Source: an uncultured Collinsella sp.
Lineage (GTDB): Bacteria > Actinomycetota > Coriobacteriia > Coriobacteriales > Coriobacteriaceae
NCBI GenBank assembly: GCA_900538305.1
Contig: UPXY01000002.1
Span: 14,222 to 38,221 of the forward strand
Direction of reading: 5' to 3'
DNA: 24,000 nucleotides
Position 1 is the first letter of the stretch, and every line of letters begins with the position of its first letter. A program made the translations under genes and the position numbers. Shown one piece after another: positions 15,645 to 24,000 of the stretch. A model generated the notes under the pieces. That model was not told the DNA's origin and ran no database searches. It saw only the letters and a program-made list of their open reading frames with translations.

Positions 15645-18203
15645 ATGGAGTCGCTCTATAGGAAATACCGTCCGCTCACGTTCGAAAGCGTCGTGGGGCA
15701 GCAGCATATCGTGTCCACGCTCGAGCACGCCGTGACCGAGGGGCGCCTCTCCCATGCGTATCTCTTCTGCGGCCCGCGCGGCACGGGCAAGACCACCATG
15801 GCACGCATCCTGGCGAAGTCGCTCCTGTGCCAGGGCGCCGACGCCGCGCGCGCGCAAGGCGCTGCTGGATGCTTGCCCGACGGTAGCTGTCCCGAGTGTG
15901 CCGCCATCGCCGAGGGCACGCATCCGGACGTCTACGAGCTCGACGCCGCGAGCCGCACCGGTGTGGACAACGTGCGCGAGGAGATTATCGGTTCGGTGAA
16001 CTTCGCCCCGGTGCGTGGCGCGTACAAGATATATATCATCGACGAGGTGCACATGCTCACCACAGCGGCGTTCAATGCGTTGCTCAAGACCCTCGAGGAG
16101 CCGCCCGCGCATGTGGTCTTCGTGCTGTGCACCACCGATCCCCAGAAGATCCCCGAGACGATTCTCTCGCGTTGCCAGCGCTTCGACTTCCATCGCATCG
16201 GCAACGAGGATATCGTGGGGCGTCTGCGCTACATCTGCGAGCAGGAGGGATTCTCGTTCGACGACGATGCCCTTGAGGTCGTAGCCAAGCACGCGCGCGG
16301 CGGCATGCGCGACGCGCTTTCCACGTTGGAACAGCTTTCGGTGTTCGGCAACGGTTCGGTGCGCGCGGCGGATGCGCGGGCGCTGCTGGGCGAGGTTTCG
16401 GGTACGGTGCTCTCGCGCTTCAGCCATGCGCTCGCTTCGCGCGACGTCTCTACGCTCTTCGCGCTCGTAAAAGAACAGGTCGACGCCGGCGAGGACTTGA
16501 TGGAGCTCACGCGCGACCTCGTGGCGCACGTCCGCGACGTGTACATGGCTCATGTCGCCGGCGCACGCCCCGAGCTCATCGAGGGCACGCCGGAAGAGAT
16601 TGCCGCGCTTGCCGAGGAGGCTGCATTGTTCGAGAGCGGCGATCGGCTGTCGCGCGTGCTCGTGGTGCTCGATGACGCGGCGCTCGAGATGCGCTCAGCT
16701 GCCGATATGCGGCTGGTGTTGGAGATCGCGCTCACGCGCCTGGCACGTCCGGAGGCGGATCTTACCCTCGAGGCGCTTGCCGAGCGTCTCGAGCGGCTTG
16801 AGGCGCAGATTGCAAAGGGGATTCCTTCGGCTCCGCTCGCCGCAGCCGACATGGCGGCGCTCGTGGGAGCGAAGATACCGAAAGAGCGTGCTGCCGGCTT
16901 TGCTGAGCCCCGTTCCGCTTCGGCGCCCGCTGCTTCGCCCGTAGAACCAGTGGCTTCTGCAGCGCCGAAGGCCGCCTCATCCGCGCGCGCTGCCGACGCG
17001 GCATCAGACGCTTCAGCGGATGCTCGCCTCGCCGTGAGCGCATCGGACCACGCGTCCACTCGTGTTGCTTCCGTCGAGCCCGCAGCTCCCGCCGATCGCG
17101 TGGAGGCTACTGTACCCGCGGCTTCCATGCCTGCAGCGGAGAAACCTGTTGAGGCTGTCCCTGCGGTTGTGGAGCCCCAAACCCCCTCACCCATCTCGAC
17201 TGCTTCTCAGGCCGCGGCAACGCAGGCTGAGCCCGTCCGTGCGTCCACCGCGCCTGCCGCGGCTGCGCCCACGGCTGCTCCCGCTGCCGCCCCCGCCGCG
17301 CCTGCAGTGGAGTCTTCTGCAGCTGCGGCCGTGTGCGACCCTGGTGAGCTGCAGCGCAAATGGGATGAGGTTGTGCGTCTTGTGACAGCGACGCAGCCTT
17401 CGCGCGGATCGCTTCTGTTGAGTTCCCGCGCCGTGGCGGACGATGGCGAAGCGCTCACGGTCTCGTTCCCCGCAGGCTCGAACTTCGCGATTACGATGCT
17501 CGGTCGCCCCGATACGCAAAGCATTGTGCAGCCGCAGGTCGCCGCCGTTTTCGGCGTGCGCATGCTGAACTATGTGATGGCTGAGGCGCAGCCCGCCGCG
17601 CGCTCGATGTCTACATCGGCCGCTCCGGCGTCGCAGCCCGCGCCCGCAGCGTTCGCGGCGTCGGGCATCCCTGCGCCCGTCGCTTTTGAGGTACCTGCGG
17701 CGACCGCCCCGTCCGCGTCTGAACCTGCCGCTCCGGTAGCAGCCGCGCCCGAGCACGCTTCAGCGGCGGCGAGTGGTTTCGTCCAGACGGCTCCTGTCGA
17801 TGACCAGGTTCCCTACGATGATGCTACTGCATTCGACTACGCCGAAGATGACCTTCCACCGTTTGATATGCCCGTCGGCGCTTCTTCTGCGCAGACATCT
17901 TCCATGGGCAGCGCTGTGCCCACAGACCTTGCATCCACGCCCGCTGCAGCTGCTCAAGCCTCTATTCCTCCCGCGAATCCGGCACCCGCTGCGATGCCGA
18001 GCCCAACGCAGGTTCCATCTTCTGCATCCGCATCTTCGGTCACACCGGCACCTGACTCGTTGACAGCGAAGCAGCCCGCGCCGGCTTTCGGTGCCCCTGC
18101 TGCCGCGCCGGCGAGCTCGGGATCCGGCGCAGCCGACGACATCAAGGACATTCTGGGAAACATCTTCGGCGACGGCGTCGTGTTCACCAAACTCGACTCC
18201 TAG
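15645..18203 (+). CDS. dnaX: DNA polymerase III subunit gamma/tau (DnaX) with a very long Ala/Pro/Ser-rich C-terminal region
   Basis: RBS is GGAGCAAGGAGAGG. The N-terminus (LYRKYRPLTFESVVGQQHI...AYLFCGPRGTGKTT) has the Walker A motif, and KIYIIDEVHMLT has Walker B/DEVH. It also has a zinc module (CxxxxxCPECxxI) and SRCQRFDF. aa ~400-560 and ~620-830 are low-complexity. Between them lies a conserved-looking block (CDPGELQRKWDEVV...VSFPAGSNFAITML), and a short conserved-looking end (DDIKDILGNIFGDGVVFTKLDS) follows. Confidence 0.95.
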   Translation: MESLYRKYRPLTFESVVGQQHIVSTLEHAVTEGRLSHAYLFCGPRGTGKTTMARILAKSLLCQGADAARAQGAAGCLPDGSCPECAAIAEGTHPDVYELDAASRTGVDNVREEIIGSVNFAPVRGAYKIYIIDEVHMLTTAAFNALLKTLEEPPAHVVFVLCTTDPQKIPETILSRCQRFDFHRIGNEDIVGRLRYICEQEGFSFDDDALEVVAKHARGGMRDALSTLEQLSVFGNGSVRAADARALLGEVSGTVLSRFSHALASRDVSTLFALVKEQVDAGEDLMELTRDLVAHVRDVYMAHVAGARPELIEGTPEEIAALAEEAALFESGDRLSRVLVVLDDAALEMRSAADMRLVLEIALTRLARPEADLTLEALAERLERLEAQIAKGIPSAPLAAADMAALVGAKIPKERAAGFAEPRSASAPAASPVEPVASAAPKAASSARAADAASDASADARLAVSASDHASTRVASVEPAAPADRVEATVPAASMPAAEKPVEAVPAVVEPQTPSPISTASQAAATQAEPVRASTAPAAAAPTAAPAAAPAAPAVESSAAAAVCDPGELQRKWDEVVRLVTATQPSRGSLLLSSRAVADDGEALTVSFPAGSNFAITMLGRPDTQSIVQPQVAAVFGVRMLNYVMAEAQPAARSMSTSAAPASQPAPAAFAASGIPAPVAFEVPAATAPSASEPAAPVAAAPEHASAAASGFVQTAPVDDQVPYDDATAFDYAEDDLPPFDMPVGASSAQTSSMGSAVPTDLASTPAAAAQASIPPANPAPAAMPSPTQVPSSASASSVTPAPDSLTAKQPAPAFGAPAAAPASSGSGAADDIKDILGNIFGDGVVFTKLDS

Positions 18204-18323
18204 CCGTGCGCCCCGCTGCCTATGCCTAGCCCGTTCGCCTCGCATCGAACGTCAGCAATGGAGGCAATGGATCAATGAACTTGAAGCTGCCGCCGGTGCC
18301 TAGTTCTTCCACCTTGCATCGAA

Positions 18324-18382
18324 CTCCATTGAAATAGTCATTACGACTTAAAATCACCGTCCTAACGGCTATTTCGATGGAG
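18324..18382 (+). other. Strong 14-bp hairpin inside the dnaX-ybaB spacer
   Basis: CTCCATTGAAATAG (18324-18337) pairs with CTATTTCGATGGAG (18369-18382) with one G-U pair and a 31-nt AT-rich loop. An upstream CAATGGAG (18256-18263) is complementary to the first 8 nt of the left arm, so alternative pairing is possible. Confidence 0.5.
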
Positions 18383-18658
18383 CCCGACGGGATATTGGCT
18401 ATGAATCTTGTACGAGGTGGGCGTGGGGCTGGGTGCGTGAGAAGCTCGGCTTCGAACCTCTTGAAGGGAGGTATGCCATGCGGAGAGTTCGAGTTCGCAT
18501 TCCCGCGATGCGAGGTATCGCAAGGTGACCGCTTTGGCACCCAAGAGAGATGTCGCACTGTGGCCATCCTGATATGATAGGATGCGTACCCGATATAGCG
18601 TCTGCGATGGGGTGAGCGGGCTATCTGCGCCGCTGCTCCACTTTGGCAAGGAGTTTCC

Positions 18659-18979
18659 ATGGCTCAGATGAATATGCAGCAAATGATGAAGCAGGCTCGC
18701 AAGATGCAGGAGCAGCTTGCTGCCGCACAGGAGAACATCGCGCAGTCGACGGTGGACGCGTCTGCCGGCGGCGGCATGGTCAAGGTCACGGTGAACGGCG
18801 AGATGCAGATCACCTCGCTTAAGATTGACCCCGAGGCGCTCGATCCCGAGGATGTCGAGATGCTCGAAGATATGGTCACGGCCGCCGTGAACGAGGCGCT
18901 GCGCGGCGTGGGCGACCTCGCGAACCGCCAGATGGGCGCCATCACCGGCGGCCTCAACATCCCCGGAATGCCGTTCTAA
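18659..18979 (+). CDS. ybaB: Nucleoid-associated protein YbaB/EbfC family
   Basis: GGAG lies 6 nt upstream of the ATG. The 106-aa product (MAQMNMQQMMKQARKMQEQLAAAQENI...GGGMVKVTVNGEMQITSLKIDPEAL...EDMVTAAVNEAL) is a textbook YbaB sequence, in its canonical position between dnaX and recR. Confidence 0.95.
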   Translation: MAQMNMQQMMKQARKMQEQLAAAQENIAQSTVDASAGGGMVKVTVNGEMQITSLKIDPEALDPEDVEMLEDMVTAAVNEALRGVGDLANRQMGAITGGLNIPGMPF

Positions 18980-18996
18980 GTTCACTCGATTCGGAA

Positions 18997-19111
18997 ATCA
19001 ACGGTTGTTTTTGGACTTGTCGAGTAGCGCGAACCGGCATAAGCGTTCTACCTGCGAATTCTTTTGCAAAAGATGCCCCTCTACTCGGCTCATTGCGAAA
19101 TAACCGTTGAT
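18997..19111 (+). repeat. Nested inverted repeats in the ybaB-recR spacer
   Basis: The outer stem pairs 18997-19011 with 19097-19111 (15 bp including 2 G-U pairs; core ATCAACGGTT/AACCGTTGAT). The inner stem pairs 19019-19027 with 19081-19089 (GTCGAGTAG/CTACTCGGC). A perfect 12-bp palindrome, CTTTTGCAAAAG, lies at 19061-19072. Confidence 0.55.
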
Positions 19112-19196
19112 ATCCGTCGCGAGTGCGTTTGTGCACGGCGTTTGTGACCCCGTGAACACCGAATGCCACTCGTGGAAGCTGATGAGGAAGGACGCC

Positions 19197-19793
19197 ATGG
19201 CGAGCAACCAAGATTTGCAGCGCCTGCTCGATGAGCTGGGGCGTTTGCCGGGCATCGGCCCCAAGTCTGCCCAGCGCATCGCCTACCACCTGCTCGAAGC
19301 CGACGCCGAGGAAGCGCGCCGCCTCGCGCAGGCGATCCTCGACGTGAAGGAGCACGTGCACTTTTGCAGCCGGTGCTTCAACTACGCCACGGCAGACGAA
19401 TGCCCTATCTGCATGGACGGTATGCGCGACCGCACGCGCATCTGTGTGGTCGGCGAGCCGCGTGATGTGCAGGCAATCGAGAGAACAGGCAGCTACCGAG
19501 GGCTATATCACGTGCTTGGCGGCGTGATCAGCCCAATGGAGAAGATCGGTCCTGAGCAGCTGCATGTTCGCGAGCTCCTTGCGCGCCTGGCCGAGGAGGA
19601 TATCCAAGAGGTCATCATCGCGACGAACCCCAACATCGAGGGTGAGACCACGGCGAGCTACCTCGCGCGCACCATCAAACCGCTCGGCGTCACCGTAAGT
19701 CGGTTGGCGAGCGGCCTTCCCGTGGGCGGCGACCTCGAGTATGCCGACGAACTTACCCTCGGCCGCGCGATCGAAGCACGCCGCACGCTGTAG
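19197..19793 (+). CDS. recR: Recombination protein RecR
   Basis: ATG at 19197 is preceded by [33 protein letters not shown] is the helix-hairpin-helix, CSRCFNY...CPIC is the Cys4 zinc finger, and a Toprim region follows ([28 protein letters not shown]). The track's start at 19107 adds 30 aa not expected in RecR. Confidence 0.95.
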   Translation: MASNQDLQRLLDELGRLPGIGPKSAQRIAYHLLEADAEEARRLAQAILDVKEHVHFCSRCFNYATADECPICMDGMRDRTRICVVGEPRDVQAIERTGSYRGLYHVLGGVISPMEKIGPEQLHVRELLARLAEEDIQEVIIATNPNIEGETTASYLARTIKPLGVTVSRLASGLPVGGDLEYADELTLGRAIEARRTL

Positions 19794-19837
19794 GGCGTAT
19801 GCTGCGTGCTGTAGGCGCGAATACACTTCAACATTAC

Positions 19838-19877
19838 ATACCGTTGCAGTGGGTGATGTTGCCAGCTGCAACGGTAT
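19838..19877. terminator. Probable bidirectional terminator hairpin between convergent recR and the amylase gene
   Basis: Perfect 12-bp inverted repeat ATACCGTTGCAG (19838-19849) / CTGCAACGGTAT (19866-19877) with a 16-nt loop. It is flanked by A/T-rich sequence on both sides (ACATTAC ... TTTCTAC), but the T-runs are short. Confidence 0.5.
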
Positions 19878-19908
19878 TTCTACATCAGGCGTGGTTGCAA
19901 AGTCCCAG

Positions 19909-21429
19909 CTACGCGCGCATCTCTTCGGTATCCTCGGCGATGTCGCGGACGATGGCGTGGAGCTGGCGGTCGTGCTCCAAGGCATCGGCGGTGTGCTTCG
20001 GCAGGTAGACGGAGAGGCGCCCGCCGAGCGTGCGGAACGTCGCCCAACCCTCGGCGTCCACCACGGCGTCGTCTTGCTCGCCGATGACGCAGCTCCAGGT
20101 CTCTTCGGCGTGGCCGGCGCCCACGAACATGCGCTTCTCACCGCCGTCGCGGTCGGTGAGGACCACGGCCACGCCGCTGCCCTCGTGCTCGTCGTCGCCC
20201 TCGCGCGTCCAGCCGATCACGTCCGGCGCGTCCAGGAAGTCGTGCTGCGTGCCGTAGGCAAAGCGGCGACGGATCTCCATCAGCAGCGGCAGCTCGCGCA
20301 CGGCGGGGATGTTGCCGTCGTTGGGCATGCCGTAGAGGTCTCCGTAGAAGACGCAGGGGTAGCCGGCCTCGCGCAGGAGGATCAGCGCGTAGGCGGACGG
20401 CTTGAACCACGTCTGGACGAAGGACTGCAGCGCCTGGCCGGGCTGCGTGTCGTGGTTCTCGGCAAAGGTCACGGCGTGCACGGGGTCGCGCTCCACGAGC
20501 GTGCCTGAGAAGATCTTGGAGAGGTCCACGTTGCCGTTGGAGCAGCTCGCGTTGTAGAGGTTGTAGTGCAGCGGCACGTCGAAGAGCGACATCGTGCGCT
20601 CCTCGCCGAGATAGGCCGTGAGTTCGTCGGCTGTGCGGCCCCAGTACTCGCCCACACAGAAGAGCTCCTTGTCGGCGTGCTTCCGCACGGCGTCGAGCCA
20701 GCGCAAGTAGAAGCCGCGGTCGATGTGCTTGAGCGCATCCAGGCGGAAGCCATCCAGCCCGCAGGCGTCCACGTACCAGCAGCCCCAGCGCACGAGCTCG
20801 TCAAAGACGCGCGGGTCGTTCACGTCCACGTCCGCGCCCATGAGGTAGTCGTAGTTGGCGTTCTCGGTGCGGTCGACGGCGCTGTCCCAGTGCTTGCCGT
20901 CAAAGAGGAAGATCGCCTTGCGCTTGGCCTTGTCGTCCCAGTCCACGCCGTGGAAGCAGGTCCAGTCCCAGGTGAAGTCCGAGTAGGCGCCCGCACGACC
21001 GGGGAAGTCGAAGCGCGTCCACGCGGAGATGGTCTGGACGTCGCCGAGCACTGCTTCGCGGTTGTTGGACTGCACCTCGCGCGCGACCACGTCCTCGGCG
21101 CCGTCCGCGCCGAGGCGCTGGTTGAGCACGATGTCCGCGAGGGCCTGGATACCGTTTGCCTGCAGCGCGCGCACCGCAGCCTCGTATTCCGCGCGCGTGC
21201 CGTACTTGGTGCGCACGGTTCCCTTCTGGTTGAATTCGCCGAGGTCATACGTGTCGTAGACGCCGTAGCCCACGTCCTCGGCGCCTTTTTCGGCCTTGTA
21301 GGCGGGCGGCAGCCACACGGCCGTGATACCCTGGTAGGCGAAGTCGGGCGCCTGCTCGGCGATGCGGCGCCAGTGCGAGCCGTCGGCAGGCAGGTACCAG
21401 GAGAAGCCTTGCAGGATAGTTCCGTTCAT
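19909..21429 (-). CDS. Alpha-amylase, glycoside hydrolase family 13, with no signal peptide (cytoplasmic, AmyA-like)
   Basis: ATG at 21429 sits 5 nt after TAAGGAGG. The N-terminus (MNGTILQGFSWYLPADGSHWRRI) closely resembles the Bacillus licheniformis / E. coli AmyA-type N-terminus. GH13 regions are present: DIVLNQR, GFRLDALKHI, VGEYW, FAENHD. The track's start at 21642 adds 71 aa with no RBS. Confidence 0.92.
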   Translation of the reverse strand: MNGTILQGFSWYLPADGSHWRRIAEQAPDFAYQGITAVWLPPAYKAEKGAEDVGYGVYDTYDLGEFNQKGTVRTKYGTRAEYEAAVRALQANGIQALADIVLNQRLGADGAEDVVAREVQSNNREAVLGDVQTISAWTRFDFPGRAGAYSDFTWDWTCFHGVDWDDKAKRKAIFLFDGKHWDSAVDRTENANYDYLMGADVDVNDPRVFDELVRWGCWYVDACGLDGFRLDALKHIDRGFYLRWLDAVRKHADKELFCVGEYWGRTADELTAYLGEERTMSLFDVPLHYNLYNASCSNGNVDLSKIFSGTLVERDPVHAVTFAENHDTQPGQALQSFVQTWFKPSAYALILLREAGYPCVFYGDLYGMPNDGNIPAVRELPLLMEIRRRFAYGTQHDFLDAPDVIGWTREGDDEHEGSGVAVVLTDRDGGEKRMFVGAGHAEETWSCVIGEQDDAVVDAEGWATFRTLGGRLSVYLPKHTADALEHDRQLHAIVRDIAEDTEEMRA

Positions 21430-21856
21430 GAGCCTCCTTATGGTGGCGGGTCCAACAAATGAGAGCAGCAGACCCAACGAATGCGAATCGAAGCGATTAT
21501 ACGCGCTCTGCCTTCGCTTTTCCTCCCACCGTGCCGCAGCGTTTGTTGCATAATAATGCAGAGATGGGCATAGCACACACGATTTGGCGCGCCTTGTGCC
21601 CAGAATATGCGGAAGCGGGCGTCGGCCGCGTGCTACGGACATGACGCCTCCCGGTACATGCGGCGGGATCTTCGGCCTGTGGGCATGAAGATGGCTCGCG
21701 ACTCACTGCCCGCAGCAGAGGACTGCACCCCCCAACGGTCGGTTTCGGTCGGTGAACGCGTGGGCTGAACGACTTTCCCGTATCACAGCTGCAAGCCTTG
21801 TTATTTCGCGTTTTGCTATTCCTACCTAGGCTGTTCAGTAAAGGGAGGAAGACGCC

Positions 21857-24000
21857 ATGATGCTCAGGTCACGACAAGTCGCGTTGCTCGCGCGCCTCGT
21901 GCAGAACGGTCTCGCATTCGAGACCACGAAGCACCTGGCTGAATACCTGGCGGTGTCGCAGCGCACCGTCGGCAGCGACCTCGAGGTCGTCTCGCGCCTG
22001 CTCGACGAACTCGGAATCGGGTTCGAACGTGTCCGGGGGAAGGGCGTGCGCCTCGCGCCAACCTCCCCGGAGCGCATGCATCGGCTCGTCACGCGTCTCA
22101 AGCAAAACATCGCAAGCACGAGTCCCAAGGCGCGTCGCGAGGAGATCCTCGAGCGGCTCGTCACACGTTCCGAGGAACCCGTCTCGATTCAGCGCCTCGC
22201 GGACAGCTACTTCGTGAGCAAGACGAGCATCGCCTCCGACCTCCGCACCGTCGAGAAGACCCTTGCGGACTACGGCTTGCGCCTGCGGCGTGGCCCCGCG
22301 GGGACCACGGTGGAGGGGCGCGAGACGGACTTGCGCCGTGCGCTCGCCGATATCCTGGGCATACGCTCGCGTCGGCAAGCGCCGTTCGCCCCGAGCTCCC
22401 CGCCGAGCGGCAACCGCTTGAACGACCGCAGTCGCGAGAGCCTGCTCGAACTCTTTGACGAGGAATCGGTCGACTTCGTCCAAAGCCTCATCGACGACCT
22501 CGAGCGCTCTACTAAGACGCTCATCGGCGACCCCTACTACGTGAATCTGCTCACGCACCTGCTCATCTGCATCGACCGCGTGAAGAAGGGGAAGAGCGTG
22601 AGCGCCGACGCCGCCGACGCCCGCTCGGTCGACCCGGAGCACCTCGACCTCTACCTTCATGCAATCGACCTACGCACCTCCATCGAGGGGCGCTTCGACA
22701 TCAAGCTCAACGCGCGCGAGACGGATTACATCTTCGGCTACCTCGTCTCGTTCGGAATCGGTCGCAACGCGAGCGAGGGCTGCCAGGGCGAGGGCGACAA
22801 CCAGGTGCTCATCGACTTGCTCGTGCGCGTGGTGTCGCACTTTACTGGTCAGGTCGTCGCGCCCTCCGAGACTCTCCGTAGCGAGCTCGCTCTCCATATC
22901 AACGCGATGCTCGACCGCGTGCGCTACGGCGTGCGCATCACGAACGACTATCTCGAACAGTTCGCCGGTCTCCATCCGCGGCTGCTCACGCTCATCGAGT
23001 TCGCATGCTGGGGCTTTACCATGGACGTCTCGTATCCGAGTATCGGTGTAGACGAGGCGGCCTACCTTGCCATGTATTGCCAAACCATTGTGGAGGGCAC
23101 GCATGCCTCGTCGCGCGTGGCGCTCGTGTGCCAGAGCGGCTACGGCACGTCGCAGTTCCTTAAGTCGCGCATCCGGGCGCTCCTTCCGGACATCGTGGTC
23201 ATCGACGCGCTCTCGGTCGAGGAGCTCGCTCAGACGGCGGCCGGGATGTACGACTTCGCAATCTCGACGGTACGCATCGAGCACGCCCCCGTTCCTGTGG
23301 TGCTCGTCTCCGCGTTGCTCGATCGCGACGACATCGAGCGCATCCGCTTTTCCGGTCTGCTCAGGGACAAGGTCGCCCAGCCGGTGAGACCACTGCTGGG
23401 CAGCCAGGACATTGAGGTCTCTATTGCTGGAGCCGCCCAGGGCGTGGGCGGTGGAGCTCCGGAGCGCGCCGCGTGCGAGTTGCGCCTCGTCGACGCGGAC
23501 ATGCGCGAGGGAATCACCTGCGCCATCGACCCACGCCAACGGACGCCACGTGCGCGCATCGTCGACGCGACCGATACCAATCTCGTCCGCGAGGTGCGGA
23601 TCATCGCCGCAAACGGCAGGGAGGTCGCCTGCGCCTGCGCGGATTGGATGAAGCTTTCGGCAGAAGGATCCACCTCGTGGCGCAACGACGCTGCGGCGGA
23701 CGCAGAGCCGCGGGCGTTTCGCCTCGTCGCCGTCGCCCATGCACCTCAGCACACACAGGGAGAGCTCCTCGCGTCTCTTGCCGAGCGTCTCGAGTGCATC
23801 GGTGCCATCGACGATATCCCGCAGTTTTTGGTCGATGTTGCTGCCCGCGATGAACTCGGCTCGACGAATCTGGGCGGCGGCCTCGTGCTCCCGCACGGCA
23901 TTTCGCGTTCCGTACGCCACCCCGCCATCGCCTTCGCCACGCTGGCGCAGGCAATCGAGTGGACGAGCTGCGGCGCCGTGTTCGAGGTGCGGCTCGTTGC
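21857..24000 (+). CDS. PRD-containing transcriptional regulator (MtlR/LicR-like: HTH, two PRDs, an EIIB-like and an EIIA-like domain), 3'-truncated by the window edge
   Basis: This ORF is not in the supplied track because no stop occurs before nt 24000. I translated frame 2 by hand from ATG 21857 (RBS AAGGGAGGA) to the window end and found no stop. An N-terminal HTH (HLAEYLAVSQRTVGSDLEVV) is followed by a second wHTH (IQRLADSYFVSKTSIASDL). PRD signatures are YYVNLLTHLLICIDRVKKG and LALHINAMLDRVRYG. The EIIB-like segment is RVALVCQSGYGTSQFLKSRI, and the EIIA-like segment is RDELGSTNLGGGLVLPHG. Confidence 0.85.
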   Translation, partial: MMLRSRQVALLARLVQNGLAFETTKHLAEYLAVSQRTVGSDLEVVSRLLDELGIGFERVRGKGVRLAPTSPERMHRLVTRLKQNIASTSPKARREEILERLVTRSEEPVSIQRLADSYFVSKTSIASDLRTVEKTLADYGLRLRRGPAGTTVEGRETDLRRALADILGIRSRRQAPFAPSSPPSGNRLNDRSRESLLELFDEESVDFVQSLIDDLERSTKTLIGDPYYVNLLTHLLICIDRVKKGKSVSADAADARSVDPEHLDLYLHAIDLRTSIEGRFDIKLNARETDYIFGYLVSFGIGRNASEGCQGEGDNQVLIDLLVRVVSHFTGQVVAPSETLRSELALHINAMLDRVRYGVRITNDYLEQFAGLHPRLLTLIEFACWGFTMDVSYPSIGVDEAAYLAMYCQTIVEGTHASSRVALVCQSGYGTSQFLKSRIRALLPDIVVIDALSVEELAQTAAGMYDFAISTVRIEHAPVPVVLVSALLDRDDIERIRFSGLLRDKVAQPVRPLLGSQDIEVSIAGAAQGVGGGAPERAACELRLVDADMREGITCAIDPRQRTPRARIVDATDTNLVREVRIIAANGREVACACADWMKLSAEGSTSWRNDAAADAEPRAFRLVAVAHAPQHTQGELLASLAERLECIGAIDDIPQFLVDVAARDELGSTNLGGGLVLPHGISRSVRHPAIAFATLAQAIEWTSCGAVFEVRLV

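Noticed and set aside
15645-18203. Programmed -1 frameshift site in dnaX (gamma subunit production)
   Set aside because: I found no A-AAA-AAG or similar slippery heptamer while reading the gene. The longest A-run is AAAA. I cannot exclude other mechanisms.
18440-18480. tRNA-like GGCTTCGAACC T-loop-like motif in the dnaX-ybaB spacer
   Set aside because: No acceptor, D or anticodon arms can be drawn around it. Only a local GAAGC-TCG-GCTTC mini-hairpin is present.
18226-18660. 144-aa minus-strand ORF and 66-aa plus-strand ORF (18377-18577) filling the dnaX-ybaB spacer
   Set aside because: No RBS or recognisable motifs, and the composition is odd. The minus-strand ORF would start on top of the ybaB start codon. 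The region is treated as non-coding.

Overview
High-GC bacterial chromosome segment. The gene content points to Actinomycetota, and the anaerobe-type Fe-S and hydrogenase genes suggest Coriobacteriia/Eggerthellaceae (inference). I saw no CRISPR array, transposase, integrase or recognisable defence system; this is mostly core-genome material. Left to right: (1) hydrogenase maturation genes hypB (5'-truncated) and hypA, split by a 930-aa multidomain Fe-S flavoprotein; (2) a small acidic ORF, an orphan non-coding stretch with paired palindromes, a TetR regulator and tRNA-Arg(CCT); (3) on the minus strand, the actinobacterial cell-wall/Ser-Thr signalling cluster, ordered kinase, fhaA, fhaB, pstP, rodA::pbpA, pknB. 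It has two twists: RodA and PbpA are one 985-aa ORF, and a non-RD kinase with a polytopic membrane domain sits upstream of fhaA. (4) dnaX, ybaB and recR, separated by unusually long, AT-rich, structured spacers and preceded by a ~100-nt hairpin at the position where ffs (SRP RNA) sits in Bacillus subtilis. (5) A cytoplasmic GH13 alpha-amylase, divergent from a PRD/EIIB/EIIA-type regulator. That regulator runs off the window and is absent from the supplied ORF track. Most other ORFs in the track are Arg/Ala/Pro/Gly-rich shadow frames typical of high-GC DNA. The candidates for novelty are domain-architecture variants and structured non-coding elements, not a clearly new multi-gene system. All functional calls come from motif recognition by eye, with no database search.
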